A stretch of 64,000 bases of DNA from Raillietiella orientalis (Eukaryota). The notes below the pieces were generated by a model. The model made no database searches and was not told the origin of the DNA. It saw only the letters and a program-made list of their open reading frames with translations. Below are positions 1 to 17,707 of this stretch, one piece after another (position 1 is the first letter of the stretch; every line of letters starts with the position of its first letter). The DNA lies in assembly GCA_036172245.1 (NCBI GenBank), contig JAYWIR010000011.1:3224001-3288000 (forward strand), written 5' to 3'. A program made the translations under genes and the position numbers.

Positions 1-1472
1 CTCCTGGGACCACCAAGAATACAGTGCAACAAGATGCAGCTCCTCGCACATTCGCCCCAAGCGAAAAATAAAAAGCTATTTGAGGTGCAAAACTGTAATC
101 ACTTAAAAGAAAAATGCCTGTACACTTGTAAACATAATAAAATGTTCATTTGTTGAATGCAGGAATTTCTTGATTTCCCTGAAGAAACAACGAGCTTTTA
201 CTGTCAAGTTTCCATTTCAGCTGAATTGGCAAGTTTCCAAAATGAAACCAACAAATCTTTCGCAGAGGTAATTCTAAGGCTACGCAACATGAGTGTGGCG
301 GTTATTGCTTTAATATCATTTATTAAGCCATCCTATTTTCCTACGAGAACATTACATAAGTCATACTCTTCTTTATACAGCAGAGAAGCTCTTTCTTTAG
401 ATACGTGTCTATAGGAAGAGTCTTTGGACCTTGACACGAGTCCTGATCAGCTGCAGTCATTAAAAGTATCAGAAGCCATTCTAACAGACTGTCAGCTATG
501 CCACTTTACACAAAAAGCGAAGACTGTGAATTGAACAAGATAAAGATGAGAAAATGATCATGGAGTTAGATGACTTTTTAATTATTTCTGGAATGTTGGT
601 GCACTGAAAAATCAAAATAAGTGGAAGTGTAGATTTTGAAGCTACGCAATGGAACATACACTTTAAAATCGTTTCCAATGAACCGTCACTATGGAAAGCT
701 TTCGCTTAAGTTGTAAATGTCTTTAATAAAAACAAAAGCAAAAATCCTCACTAAAATTTCTCACTGAAAACTTTTTAAGATGCTGAAAACGATATCAGAA
801 AAAAAAGGGAAAAGAGAGAAGGAGGAGAGCAAAAATTCGAAAGACATACAAAGAAAACAACAGTCGTTCAAGAAAACTAGCGTACTTTCCACAACGACAA
901 CAGGGTGCAAAAATCTCTTAGATGACTCGTTAAAGATGGAAGGTATTTGTAAACAAAGATGGAAAAGGTCAAATGCTGTACAGATGAAAAATGCCGATGT
1001 CAAATGTATATTAAGATTGATAAAGAATTCACTTGTTTATCAGTAGCGGATCATTGTATTTTGAACTCAGTGATCCCCTAGTGACATCTCCTCTTGCAAG
1101 ATGCAGAGCCGACAAGCTGCCTGACAGTCCTGCACAGTCTGAAATTTAGAGTGAAATAGTCGAGTTTCTTCAGTGAAGTAACAAAAACTGGAGCAAGACT
1201 TGCGAGACACGTTCTTATTTTCAGAAGTAAATCCAAACTAGCTGATTATTTCTTCAGGAATGCATTTATGAAACATGACCCGATAGAAATTACTGACCAA
1301 CATTTTTATGTTGCAGTACCGTATCAAAATAAAGGGTTGGGAAAAGTACACCTAGCTAAAATGCCGTAAGTTCCATGGGAAGCTCCCCGCAATGCATTGT
1401 GCTGGTTTGGATTTCAGTTGGGTTTGCATAAAGTTTGATGCTGAAAACTCATCGGCAGTTACAGGATGGTGA
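1..1472 (+). CDS. 3' portion of an unidentified spliced protein-coding gene (runs in from before the window)
   Basis: Open frames bounded by GT-AG introns of the local short size. Candidate exons: <1-84, 163-267 (EFLDFPEETT...SFAE), 415-465, 780-942, 984-~1069 (after a 41-nt intron 943-983), ~1160-1365 (open 69 codons, ...KHDPIEITDQHFYVAVPYQNKGLGKVHLAKMP, donor GTAAGT) and 1418-1472 (after a 52-nt intron, ...WVCIKFDAENSSAVTGW*). No family recognised; the exon set is not fully resolved. Confidence 0.4.
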
Positions 1473-1589
1473 TCTTCCGTAGCAGCTTTAGCACAGATCC
1501 AGTATTTTGAGAGTGTGGTGGCCATTAGGAAGTATGTCCTTAGAGGCCCTTGGTTCGAAGGCATTTTTTTTTTTTTGCTTTTAGAAATA

Positions 1590-1893
1590 CACTTTTGTCG
1601 AGCTGCCACTGGTTGTTCAAAGCCTGCTCTGATTCGAACGAAGCGTGTCGAAAGGATGGTGTTTCACGTCCGGCGGTGCAAACAGGCAAACGAATGTTTG
1701 GTGTTCGAAAGTCTTGGGATCCGTGCATCGACAGGAAAATGGCGACTCGGTTAGCAAAACGCGGTGACGTCCAGCCGTTGCGCGGGGCGCAGTGTGTGTG
1801 TGGTGAAGAAGACGCAGAAGACTCGCAAATTCGGTGTGAAGTCGCAAAAATTCATTTCCACCTGGAATACCAAAGAAAGGAAACCCATCGGAA
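1590..1893 (+). promoter_or_regulatory. CpG-rich promoter/5' region of COPE
   Basis: Local CpG-dense patch in otherwise CpG-poor AT-rich DNA, immediately upstream of the COPE ATG; YY1-like AAAATGGCG at 1736-1744. Confidence 0.5.
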
Positions 1894-4800
1894 ATGTCGT
1901 TTGTTGAGGCAGCCGGTGCAGATGCTTTGTGTGAAATAAAAAATGCATACTATATAGGCAATTTTCAGCACTGTGTGAATGAAGCGCATAAATTCAAAGT
2001 AAGTACTCGTTTTTGTATAAACAGTAACACTTCGCAAATTTTCGTATGGATGCTTGGGAATGTTGCGTACATGTGCTCGGGAATGTTCGCACAGAACACT
2101 TAAGAGTACCTACTTGAATTGGCCTTTGAATTAAACTGATTGTACTGTTGCATTTCATTGGACGGGTTTTTCCAAACGCATTGACAACTTTTTTATCAAG
2201 AAGCCATGTTCATCCATTGTGCAGTTTTTGATCATAAGACTTGAAAATTAAGGCACCTCTTTTCCAGATGAGTTTCTTAACGGTTACTGGAATTGTTTTA
2301 TTTTGCCATTTACATACATACTGAATCTTTGCAGTACGGTCTGTACAATATATATTAATGTACACTCAGTTTTGCCTTAGCATTTCAGCTGGTAGTATGC
2401 TTCATTCATACATAATTTCCCTTAATGCTTATGCAGTTTTAATGACAGTGAACTGGAACTTTAAGATTGTAGCGTATTGCTTGTAGTGTATTATTTCCTA
2501 TTTCTAAATATGTGAGCACAGACTTCACAAAGTAAAATCTGTCATCAGTTGGTTATGTGTTTGGACCAGTGTGATTCTAATGAAGTCAATTGTATTACCG
2601 CAAACTGCAGTTCTGTACAGTGGTACTGACTCATACATGTGTTGGTATTATAGTAGTTTAACCAAAAGAATGGTTTATCACAAGCAAATTGCCGCCCTTA
2701 TTTCAAAACAAATTCACTATTATAAAGTATTTGAAGGTTCATAGGATGGTAGTCGAAAAGGTTCTGAATTTTCAAGTATTTGGGAAGGAAAATGAAAATC
2801 ATTGCAAAATTAAAAGAAGTCACAGAATCTGAAAATGCATTTCAGCAGTATGATTCCATTATTCATCAAGTGAACCCTAATTTGTTTACAAAATATTTAT
2901 ACACGATTATGCAAAATATTAAAAATGGAACAGAATCTTCAATACTGGAAATACTTGCAACTTCAGCACTTGTGGCACTTGGTGTGGTTGCATGCTGACG
3001 TATGAAACATATTTACTGAAATACAAAGCAGAAATGAAAAAAATTTTTCAAATATTCTGCAAAAGAGGCAGTTGAAAGGGTGAGATGTTGCTGAAAAGAT
3101 TAGAGATGGTGCTGTGCACACTAGATATATAAAAAGTGATACAAGTCATACGGTGCACAGTGTATCAGTTGCTAGGTTACTTGTCAGGTCTAGCTAACTA
3201 TTTGAAGACAATGTTAAATAGTTGTTTTCAGATGATACAGGTAACAAAATTGTTAATATTAAAGAGCAATTAATGGGTATTTTGGACAATGAGGAAACAG
3301 CAAACAAAGTTACATATTGAATCAAGAAAGGTCATACATAAAGAACAGACTATGAAATATGCAGATGATTTGACTAAACATAAATTCTATTGAATTAAAT
3401 GCTGAGACATTACATGATTTGTTAATGAAGTGGTCATCACTGGAAAGGGCTTATTTTCTTGACACCATTTTCATAAACATCACAATAACATCGAGAGGAT
3501 TGGTAGAAAATGCGAGAAAGAGCAAAAACTATCTAGTGTGGTGGAAAAGCTTCATCAATTACCAAAAAGTCATAATGAGAGGAGGAGGAGCTTAACACAG
3601 TGCATTGCCAGTTTATCAGATACTGATTCTATAAGAATTCATTATACTGTTAGCAGTACAGCAAGATTGTTAAATCCTAAGGAATGTCAAGAAGTACTAC
3701 CTGCATGTTGGTTCTCAAGGTTTACTCATCCTTTCCCATGGAATGAAGCAAGCAAAGCATCAGGCTGCTAATGTGAGTAGAGTGCCATCAGAAGTGACAG
3801 AAGCAGACCTTTCTCAAGGTGATACTCCAATAATCCACAGCTACATTCATAGCATTGTCTTCTTAATAGTCTGTTTGCAGTGTACTCTTTTTCTGTAATT
3901 TAATGCAGCATAGGTACATGTTGTGATATACATCACAATATTTTTAAATCCTGAAGATTTGTTGTACATTATCGTATATTCAACCTGTGAATTTTGGGGT
4001 GATTGAAAAATAAATTTACTTTGTACTGTTCTCAGAGGATGAGCATGCAGATTTAGTTTTCTCTTAAAAGTATCCTTAAAATAAACATCAAATGTTTAAC
4101 TACAACAGAATGCGGAAATACAGCTTCAGTTTGTAACTATGATACAAGAGTATGAAATACAATTAGCATTGTTTCAAAATCAGTTCTTAATTGATATTTT
4201 GATGTTTAGTTATTTAAAAAAGAAAAGTGACTCTTTTTTAAAGAAATCAATTTGGTTATTCAGTACTTTAATTTATTGTAAAGCATTTGCAGATTCTTTT
4301 GTGTTCCAGCCTCAATCAGAGGAAGCCTCTCTAGAAAGGAATTGTTTCCTTTATCGTGCTTACATTGCACAAAAGAAGTTTGCTGTTGTGATGGCTGAAA
4401 TCCCTGAGGACACTAATTCTTCTGAGCTCCGTATCCTAAAATTGTATGCAAAATATCATTCACATCCAGAATCAAGGTATAAGAGGGCATTTGTTATTAC
4501 ATTGTTTTAGGAAAAATTGTATAAAATGATTGCTTCCCAGTGCACAACAATCTTGTTACATTGTTTTCTTTAATTAATAATTTATGTGCTTCCTACACAC
4601 GAAAGACATTCAGCTTATTATCCTAAGTTCGGAAAGAAATCAGAAATCTGAAAGGGAGAGAAAGTACAGGTTTCTGGAAAACCTGCTGATCACTAGTATG
4701 CTGAAATTCTTTTCATTTTGAATGTTTAGGTTCATTATTTATTCGTGTTTGGAATGTCATTGGACCTTCTTCTTGTGCTTTTTATGTTTCTTGATTTTCT

Positions 4801-6155
4801 GGATGAATGTACAAACTGTTTTCTGAAGATTTGAAACTCAGTTTGCTATTGTTCTATTGATATTTTTATTATTTCTCATCCCCTTACGGATATTTTGGGG
4901 TCTTATTCTCAGTTTTTGCAGCTTCACTGTCAAGTTACTACTAAGTATGATGAATTTAGACATATTTACTGAAATGGGATTTGTAACAATGTTTGCAAAG
5001 CATGTTTGAAGTGCTATTTTTTCTATATTAATTATCTCATTAGTGTTTCCAGCTATGCTTGTAATATAATGCTATAATAAACTTTTCTTTTCATGTTTTG
5101 AAATATGCATTCATTGTTTCCTAATTTTTGGCAAATACCAACTAGTATTCCTTCCTATCGAATTTCAATGATGTCTGCATGTAATAAAGTAACTTTTTAC
5201 TTATATTTTTATTATTTATATTGTTCGTCACTTTATTCATAATTTTGAACAGAAGTAACTCATGATTATCCAACTCAGTAAGTGGAAGTAGTTCACCTAC
5301 TGAGTTTGGATTAATGGTAAGAAAACTTTGACTGTGATTTTAGTACACTATTTGAAGTGTTTAGTAAATTAAGTATTATAGAACTTGTAGATAGTTTCAG
5401 GTATATGATTTCTATTAACTTTGAACTAATTACAGATGTAAAGCAGACAATATAGCAATTATCTTACAGATCAGAGATACTGACAGCACTAGAGAATATA
5501 ATCAAGCAACCCTTTGAAAATGTGATTGTTCCACTCATTGCAGCCTATGTATATGCTAATACAGGTGACTTTGAAGCTGCTCTAAAAGTTCTACATCTTT
5601 GGGAGGATCTAGAATGGTATACTAGTATACTAGCATAACTCTGAATTTGTTGTTATTATTACTTTTAGTCTAGCTTTGAGAATTCAAATTTATTTGCTAA
5701 TAAATAGATTGGACTTGGCCAAACAGGAATTAAAAAAGATGACTGAGAAAGATGAAGATGCAACACTTACTCAACTGTGTCAAGTATGGGTTCATCTTTA
5801 TACTGGGGGAGATAAACTACAAGATGCTTTTTACATCTTACAAGAATTGATGGACAAGTACGCTGCAACTCCATCTTTGTTGACTAGCCAGGCTGCATGC
5901 CTTATAGGACAACAGAATTATGAAAAAGCTGAGGCAGTGCTTCATGAATGCTTAGAAAAAGATTCAAGCAATAGTAATGCATTAATAAATTGTATAGTGC
6001 TGAGCAATTTAGGTAGCCGTAATACTGAAATGGCAAACCATTACTTCAATCAGTTAAAAGATTCTATTGAAAAGCATCCATTTCTTCTTGATTATGCATG
6101 TAAAGAACAAGAATTCCAAAAGCTCTGTCTGCAATATGAGAAAAGTGTCTGCTGA
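1894..6155 (+). CDS. COPE: Coatomer subunit epsilon (epsilon-COP), 301 aa
   Basis: Exons 1894-1998, 4310-4476, 5470-5616, 5669-6155; all GT-AG, phases consistent, 906 nt. Typical epsilon-COP motifs: DALCEIKNAYYIGNFQHCVNEA, FLYRAYIAQKKF, RLDLAKQELKKM..DEDATLTQL, GGDKLQDAFYILQEL.DKY..TP.LL, HPFL. Confidence 0.96.
2780..3480 (+). mobile_element. Possible highly decayed hAT (Charlie/SPIN-type) transposase remnant in COPE intron 1
   Basis: Broken frames with YDSIIHQVN (cf. HCIIHQE) and DLTKH...ELN (cf. DLTxHLNELN) in the expected order; many stops; no TIRs seen. Confidence 0.3.
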
Positions 6156-6161
6156 AAGCTG

Positions 6162-6167
6162 AATAAA
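6162..6167 (+). terminator. Polyadenylation signal of COPE (AATAAA)
   Basis: AATAAA 6 nt after the COPE stop, followed by GT-rich sequence (ttgagttgtg). Confidence 0.6.
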
Positions 6168-6327
6168 TCCAGATTGTTATCTTGAGTTGTGCATGAGGGG
6201 TTGTATGCAGGTGGGAGGTTAGCCTATTGAAAAATACCACCAGAATGAATTTAGAGCATGAGTGTGTATATTCAGAGTATGTCTATTGTACAGGCATGCA
6301 TAGCTGTAAAGAGTAAAAACTGATAGC

Positions 6328-10533
<4,206 letters not shown>

Positions 10534-10557
10534 GAATTTGATGCTGTTTTTGTGACA

Positions 10558-10563
10558 AATAAA
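10558..10563 (+). terminator. Polyadenylation signal of SMC5 (AATAAA)
   Basis: AATAAA 24 nt after the SMC5 stop. Confidence 0.6.
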
Positions 10564-13500
10564 TATGTGGACTCCATTTTGGTAGAACTTCAGATATTTG
10601 ATTAAAATGGACCCCAATCCGATCAGAAGATATAGTTCCGAGTCATGTGATCTGAAGGAAATTTTTTATTCATCACCAATTCAGTGCGTTTGCTCTGATA
10701 TGGCAACTTTAAAAAAGAAAAACACTGGCATCGTACTCTTGTTTTGTAAATAACGGCAACAGTGGAACAGTTTGGTAGAACACTAAGTAGACAGTATGCC
10801 ATTACTGAGTTTTTACCAGAATAAGCATCAAGTCTCTGATTTCTGGCTAGTTTCTTAATTCCAGCGATGTAATTCGTTATTGTCAATAAACTGATTCCAA
10901 GCATTGAGCTCAAACTTTTTGCATAGTTTTAGTTCACAAAGTCATCTGTTACGGATAAAACGGGTCAGTACCAGTTTTCTAAGCAGCACACCAAACTAAA
11001 TTATTGGGGATGCTGCTTTAGTCTAGCCAAAATGCCATGTATTTCTAGCTTAATTTTGAGCATTCAGAGACCAGTAGAAAACCGTGATTTTTCTCACATT
11101 GAACTATTTATTAGAACATGCGAGTTTTCCGATTTTCCGAAAATTTGGTTGAGATTCTTTTTTGCGTTTTAGTTTCAAGTAAAATCAAGCAGGTCATTCC
11201 ATTAAAATGAATATGCAAGCATTCGTTTTTCGTTTGCTTTGAATTTGCTTAGGAAAGACGAGCAACAGGCTTGTAATAGTTAAAAAAGGGGATAACAACA
11301 GGGACTGCAATCGTGAACTATTCTAAGTACTGAAAAAGATTTAAGTAAATAGTAATAAAGTATTAAAATTAATTATTTTTTGTATCAGAGTAAAATTGGT
11401 TAAAAATTTATATTTAATATTCGAATGTTAATGAGTTAAATAAAGTGATTGCTATACGTAATAAAATATAGTTGAATTTTATTTGGAGATGATTGCTGAC
11501 AAATTAATATTTCCAATTATTAATGAGTAATAAATCAGGGATAAGCATGTTTTTTTTTGTAAATGTAAGATGATGATAGATCATGGGCTTCGAGGTAGCC
11601 ATTATAGGGTACAGATGAAAATGAAGCATTGTTATAACATCAAAAAGTTCTTGAGAAGGCTCATTGATGATAAGAAACAGCTTATTTTGTACATTACCAT
11701 GGTGAAATTAAACATCAACATTATTCCAAAGCAACTTTCATTCTGAAATCCTCAAGTAAATGATTTAAGGAAGAGCACGAAAGGTTTTAAAATTATTTTT
11801 CTTTTATCCAGGACAACTGAAATGGTTGACAGTTAAGTCATACGCACAAATGCTCGTGGTTGCTTAGAAAATATCGAGTACAATATCTAATTAATGATGG
11901 AACAAATGATTGATTCGAATATAAAGAATATTCATGGAAACATGAAAGATGCATGACATTTCTGATCATGTTATTCAGATTCCTGTTATGGATCACTGGA
12001 GTAGTGTTAGGTGTATTGAGGAAAGGATTAGTGGTATAGATGCTTCTTCAAGAGATAGACTTTTGCCTAATTGGAGAAGTTTGTCTCAAGAAGCAAATTC
12101 GCTGATCAAATGCATGAAGTATTGAAACTTGTGATTGCCCCCTATTTTCAAACAACTTTGTTTGTGAAATTATTCCTTTGTAGTTAGCAAGCATATGGAA
12201 GCATACTGAATCTTCACTGAGTCAAGACAACAACTGTCTTTGGTTATCAACTGCATACATATCTCTTTCAATATCCAGTTGATTCCTTGGAAAGTGAAAG
12301 CTTCAAAGCATTTCCATTTCATCATATTGCTTAAATGGCCATTTCTCCTGAGCTAAGGAAGAGAAAAAAATAGCAATAAAAACACTCCCAGATTTGGGCA
12401 GATCATACTGAATCACCAATCACTATCAGGGTTTCATCTGCAGTTGAGATAGTGGAAAATGCAATTCTTTCCTTCAGTTTTTCAAACATATCTGGTAGAA
12501 TTTCACTGCTTGTCACAAATTTTAAGCAACATAAACTTTCAGAAAGTAGCAGGTTCCAGGAAAAATGTGAAATCCCAGTAAAAAAGCTTGATCTCCTGTT
12601 TCACAAATTGTAAGATCTAAGGCAATCAGTGAAACAAATGCATGCAATGTGCAATGAATTCCCATTCCCACTACTACTAAGCACCTGATTTATTCCCAAT
12701 AGCACTTTAGGGAAATTAGATAGCAGGTTGTGAATATGAATGTGTACTGTTATAAAGATTTTCAATAAGGAAAAACAAAAAAAAAAAAAAGGTTGTGGTT
12801 ACTCTAAATACTGTGCCTTGTTTCAAACAAACCTTTCTAACTTCACCCAAGGTTATAAGCTCTAATACAAAATTCGGGTTATCAATATCCTTTATTTGAT
12901 GTTAACAGCCTACTACGGATAAAGAATTATTAAAAATGCGTACCAGTTAATTTTTTAATAAACTAGTAGTTATTTATTGATTAATACATATGTTGTATAT
13001 AAATAATTGCTATATACATCTTTAAGCACTTGTTTTAAAACTATTAAAATTCTACTGCCTTAAGCATTATTTATCAAATAATATGATGAAATGTGAATCC
13101 AATGTCCATAATTAAACTCTCAATCTCACTGCACTCTGATTCAAAGAAAACTTATATTCTGGACAGCGTTTTGATGCAGACTAAGTAATCTCTTTTTTGG
13201 CTTTTTGTTTCTAGAAATCTTGACTTTAAAACTTTAAAGTACATAATTATGAATCATCTTTCGGATCTAGAATTCAATTCGTTTCGTCTTGGAATCATTT
13301 TTATCAAAAGAAAACATCCTATCTTTGCATTTGGTGATACTGAAGCATTGAGAGTTGCCACAGTTGCCGAAAAATTTATTTCAAAAGCTTCATGTCAAAG
13401 CTGTTTCTGGCTTCGGAAAGATCTATCCTAGGTTATTACAACAGCAAATTAGTCGACAATAACTACGATTTTTTTTCCGCACAGAGATTAGCTTGGTTAA

Positions 13501-14139
13501 TAACTTGGTTTCCAAAAGAAAAAAAAATGATGAAGATGTAATGATGGATCTCAAGATGCAACCGCTTTCATAAAACTCGAACGAAATATGCTAAGCAACC
13601 AACCAAGTGACTATTACATACATGCGTTCATAGACAAGAGTATAAGACTAGACTACAGACTCTAAAAAGCAGTTTGAATAACTACCGAACAAAGTCTCTC
13701 TCTATATATATGTAATTCTAAGGTGCCTTTAGGAAGAAGGATGTCATATACAGAAATGATGATGGGATGGATATCTGATCGAAAACTTGTATTAAGTGAT
13801 TGGAAAAAGAAGTCTTTTAAGCTACAGTGCTGTGATACGTATTTTAGAATAAACACTCTGGTCGGAATAGAAAATGCTGGTCAACTCAAAGTCAAACATT
13901 TGTAAATCTAATTTTCATGCTTCAGTTGGAAGATTTTCAAGAAGCTACAGATCAATGATTACTTTAAAATCTTCGAGGAAGGAAAGACTTCTTAATGAAT
14001 GGAAAAAGCAATCAAACCATACACTAGTATGGTTAAGACTAAAGGCTCGGAAAAGATCTTTATTCTCATTTAAGGAAATAGGTCCTAATTTTTATTCATC
14101 TTCATTTATATTTTGTAGCTAAAGATTGTTCCATGTACT

Positions 14140-14430
14140 GTACAATATTTGGGAGAAAATTCAAGCAAAATAGCCTGAAACTGTCACTATATGGACGAAA
14201 GGATATTTGGGGAAGTTGCAGATAACGAGATATCGTACAATTGTGCTATATGCTTCTATCTATAAAGTAATTACTCGTACAATGAAAAAAATATCAAATT
14301 CAAGGAGTGGAAAACACAACTATAGCACTCTGAACTGGAATACTTTATCGACCACCAGATCACTATATATAGTTTGCTCGACAAAGTACTTCCTGATGGC
14401 CATCACGATATACCATGGACCAATCAAAGA
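14140..14430 (+). mobile_element. Decayed non-LTR retrotransposon reverse-transcriptase fragment
   Basis: TIWTKGYLGKLQITRYRTIVLYASIYKVITR resembles the LINE RT N-terminal motif KKGD..NYRPISLL..YKxFTR; it is followed (other frame) by IDHQITIYSLLDK (cf. TxDHIFTLxxLIEK). Confidence 0.4.
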
Positions 14431-17400
14431 TTAAGAAGCTAAGGAAACAATGTGAGAGGATATTATAGAAGAATGTAAATGAATTAACACCGTAAAAAAC
14501 ACACACAAAAACGAAAAATGTAGGCGGGTCACGAATACTGCAGACTTGATTTTAATTCATGAGGCTTGCAGGATGCAGTAACCGTACATTAGACAGCAAA
14601 CATTTCAAAGCAATCGAGTTATAGAACCAAGATCGGAATGGCAGATGTTGATACAAGCGAGTTCTGTCCGCTTTTACACCGAGATTTCGGGATGTTTCCT
14701 GTTTACTGTTCACTCTAGGAACCGCTACTTGAGACCATGTATGTACCAAAGGTGCCAATGTAATCCCTTTGTTAAGGTCTTCCCTTAATGCAAGGGATGT
14801 TTCTAATGTACTTCCCCCCCCCTTTTTTATCAATGCATTACTAAAACTTCTTTGGGGAGTGCAAAATCTAGTAAATCTGTTTTATTTGCTTGCACCGTAC
14901 GATCACTAAGTGTGAGCCTTTGCGGCGAAACGAACCAGCAGGGATCCAGAAGGCCAGTGGAAAGTCCCACAGAAGAAACGGCTGTTAAGTATGTGCTGTT
15001 GTCGTTGTACACGATTCGTTCTATAATTGACTGTCGGAGACTCTCAGTTTGTCGGTTTATGGAACATCACGCGATTAGGGCGTGGACGTGCTTTTTCACG
15101 AGGCAGTAAGGTGGAAAGATAAGTTATCAAAAAATCATCGGAAACGAAAGGACATAGACTCTGTTCAATGACGCTTATAAACAGAAGAAAGCTCTGTGAT
15201 CGTAAAGATGCTCGTAATTACGGGGCCACTTTCCTCAACATCCTTTCGCATCTTGCTTCGAAGATACGTTCGCACTGGTTCAGTTTTGAGCGGGTGGGTT
15301 CACACACGTTGCATAGCGTGAAATTCAAAGAACCTGGCAATTGCTGCCGTTCCACGGAGTGTGAAAGAGATCGGTCGAGTCACAGATTTTTCGTGCGCTT
15401 CAAGCATTGCACTGATTATAGTTTTGGTAGCTCTCATCTGCGATGTTCTCTTGCCTTACCTAAATATGCTGTTTCCCTTCTCCTTTTGTGATGGCCACTG
15501 AGTTATCTTGAGGGGTAGAAAGGAGCAAGGGAATCTTCAAGCATCTTTTCTTTTTTCCTTTCTGCTCCTGCGGACTTGCCTTCTCGGAGTAGGAGCGATT
15601 TATGCAGACTGTAAAAGGGGTGGTGTCGAGGCACGAAGGGCAATGAGACGAACAAAACTCGATGCATGGCAGAAGCCGAAAACCCTTCTGTTTTCCAAGG
15701 GAGACTCCAAACGGCTAGTTTTCGGAGAGGCAGAGCAACTGCTTGCCGATGAGTGCAAGAACGTAGAATCCAAAGGCACCTGCCATCGAATTCGTCGGTA
15801 GGTGACCGAGGGGGTCGAGCGCGCGGTTTCCAGAGTCTCAAAGGAGTCCATGAGGAGTGAACAAAGATGAGCGAGACGATAGTTTGCGAGTCGGTGCCTC
15901 AATCTCGGAATGGCAACGCGAGGTGAGTGAGACTTTAGAGGAGTGAGGAAGAAGAGGAGGAAGCCCGCATCTCGGCTGCTCTTGTTCGCTAGGTTGTTCC
16001 GTGTCGCGAAATAAATTCTCGAGAAGGCAAAGGTGCGGCGGTCTTCCTCCCGAGAGATGTCCAAATGATAGTTGCTGCTGCCAACACAATTGAGAAGGCA
16101 CGTTCAAGCACAATGGAGCTGCGAGTCCTTGCCGCGAGGGTCAGAAAGGAGTTACCCATCTCCGAGCCAAGGTTTCCGCGTCCTGTCCCGTGTAAAAACG
16201 GATCCCGGAGCGATACGCTTGCCGCACGCTCGAGAAATGGAAACAATCTGATCTACGAACGAATGGAGTACGGGGAAAGGATATCGTACGTGGAAGCAGG
16301 AAAAACTTTCACAAAGGAAATTCGCTCCAGAACTAGCCTATTGCGAAAGCACGAACGACAGATAGGTCTCTGCAGAAAAAAAAAAATTATCGGGACAAAA
16401 AGCCAAGTTTACGGCGACAGCAAGAGCGAAGAGAGAACCAAGGGTCTACCTTTGTCTCTTTCTGTGGAGAAACAAAGATCTGGACACAAGATCCAAGATC
16501 CAGACGAACGATAAAGATGCTATCAGGAGCACGTGCATTTCTGCCAGGATTCTCATCTGCAGTTTCTGGTGCAATACCTGTCCTGTCTCTCTAGATGGTA
16601 TTCCTCCTTCGTCCCTCCCCGGAGATCGTGGTTTTCCATATTGAAACTGTCATCGGGACGAGCCTCTCGTTTCGGCTTCCGGAGCCGAGCGTTCCGAGAA
16701 CGAAAATCTCACAGGCCCTCAGTGAGAAGCCAAACGAATCGAACTGGCGTGCAGCAAAAATTAAAAAAAGGAGAGTTCAAAGTCTAAAAGTGGGCAACAG
16801 GTAGAAAGCGGATGCCATTCCATTTTACGGACATGAAGTTCGTGAAGTTCACCCAGGGACGTTTGCGACTCTGAGCGGGATCCATGGCGCGTGTGCGTAT
16901 CAGCTGCTACTCGAGATTTCTTCAAAACTGAGCAGAGCTTCTCCTCCCCCTCTCTCCTTCTTTGCCTGGTCTTCAACCCAGATGGACGCTTTTGTGGATG
17001 ACACTCTTCCGTGTAGCTGACGGCAGGAACATGCCGCAGGCAATGGTATCGCCCCCCACTTGCTCTTCGTGCGGCAGTAATTCTTTCGAAGAACTGCTTT
17101 CCATCTTCCTCTGCATACCCCTGTAGTGGGAGTTCTCCGAGTGCGAACAGTTCCCTCTTCGCACTCAGAGGTCGTGGCAGCAAAAAGTTTTGCGCCATGC
17201 TGAGCTGTCCTCTGTGTTTATTTACTTCTTTGTTTACTTGACTATCGTCGCTACAACTCCAGCCTTTTCCTTATCCTTTTCTGCTGCCTTTCTTTTGGAA
17301 TGATCTTTGCGAAGCAGAACCGAATTCCTTTCCTGAAAAGGTTTGTGAGCAGCGGCAGCCGCAACAGGGACTTGGTGAAGACCCGACGGCGAAAGCTGCG

Positions 17401-17707
17401 GTCCCGCCGCGGCAGAGAGGTAGGAAGAGGCTCTCAGATGTTCGTGGACCGAGGATCAGGGTGAAAATTTATCCGATCTTGGGAGCTTCGAGGTTACAGA
17501 TGAATTTGTCCAACACGCTTTGGCGGCCGCGAAAACGCGGTCTCGGCGCGTCGCACCAAGCGTTGCGGGTTCGACTCCAAAGAAATGGGTACGTCGTGGG
17601 TTTCGAGTGCCCCCCCTCCCCTTTCTTCAAGATGAAGCTGGCTGGCCTATTCGGGTGTGGCACCGGTGAACGCCGGATGCCCCGCTGACTCGCTGGGATT
17701 GGAAGTT

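Noticed and set aside
1..1750. A - strand gene divergent from COPE (including an LKILDLC methyltransferase-like word)
   Set aside because: Frames are interrupted by stops and no consistent exon chain was found; the + strand model fits the splice signals better.
16180..16310. LINE ORF1/gag-like word (PCKN...ERISYVEAGK)
   Set aside because: Single weak motif with no intact zinc knuckle; insufficient support.
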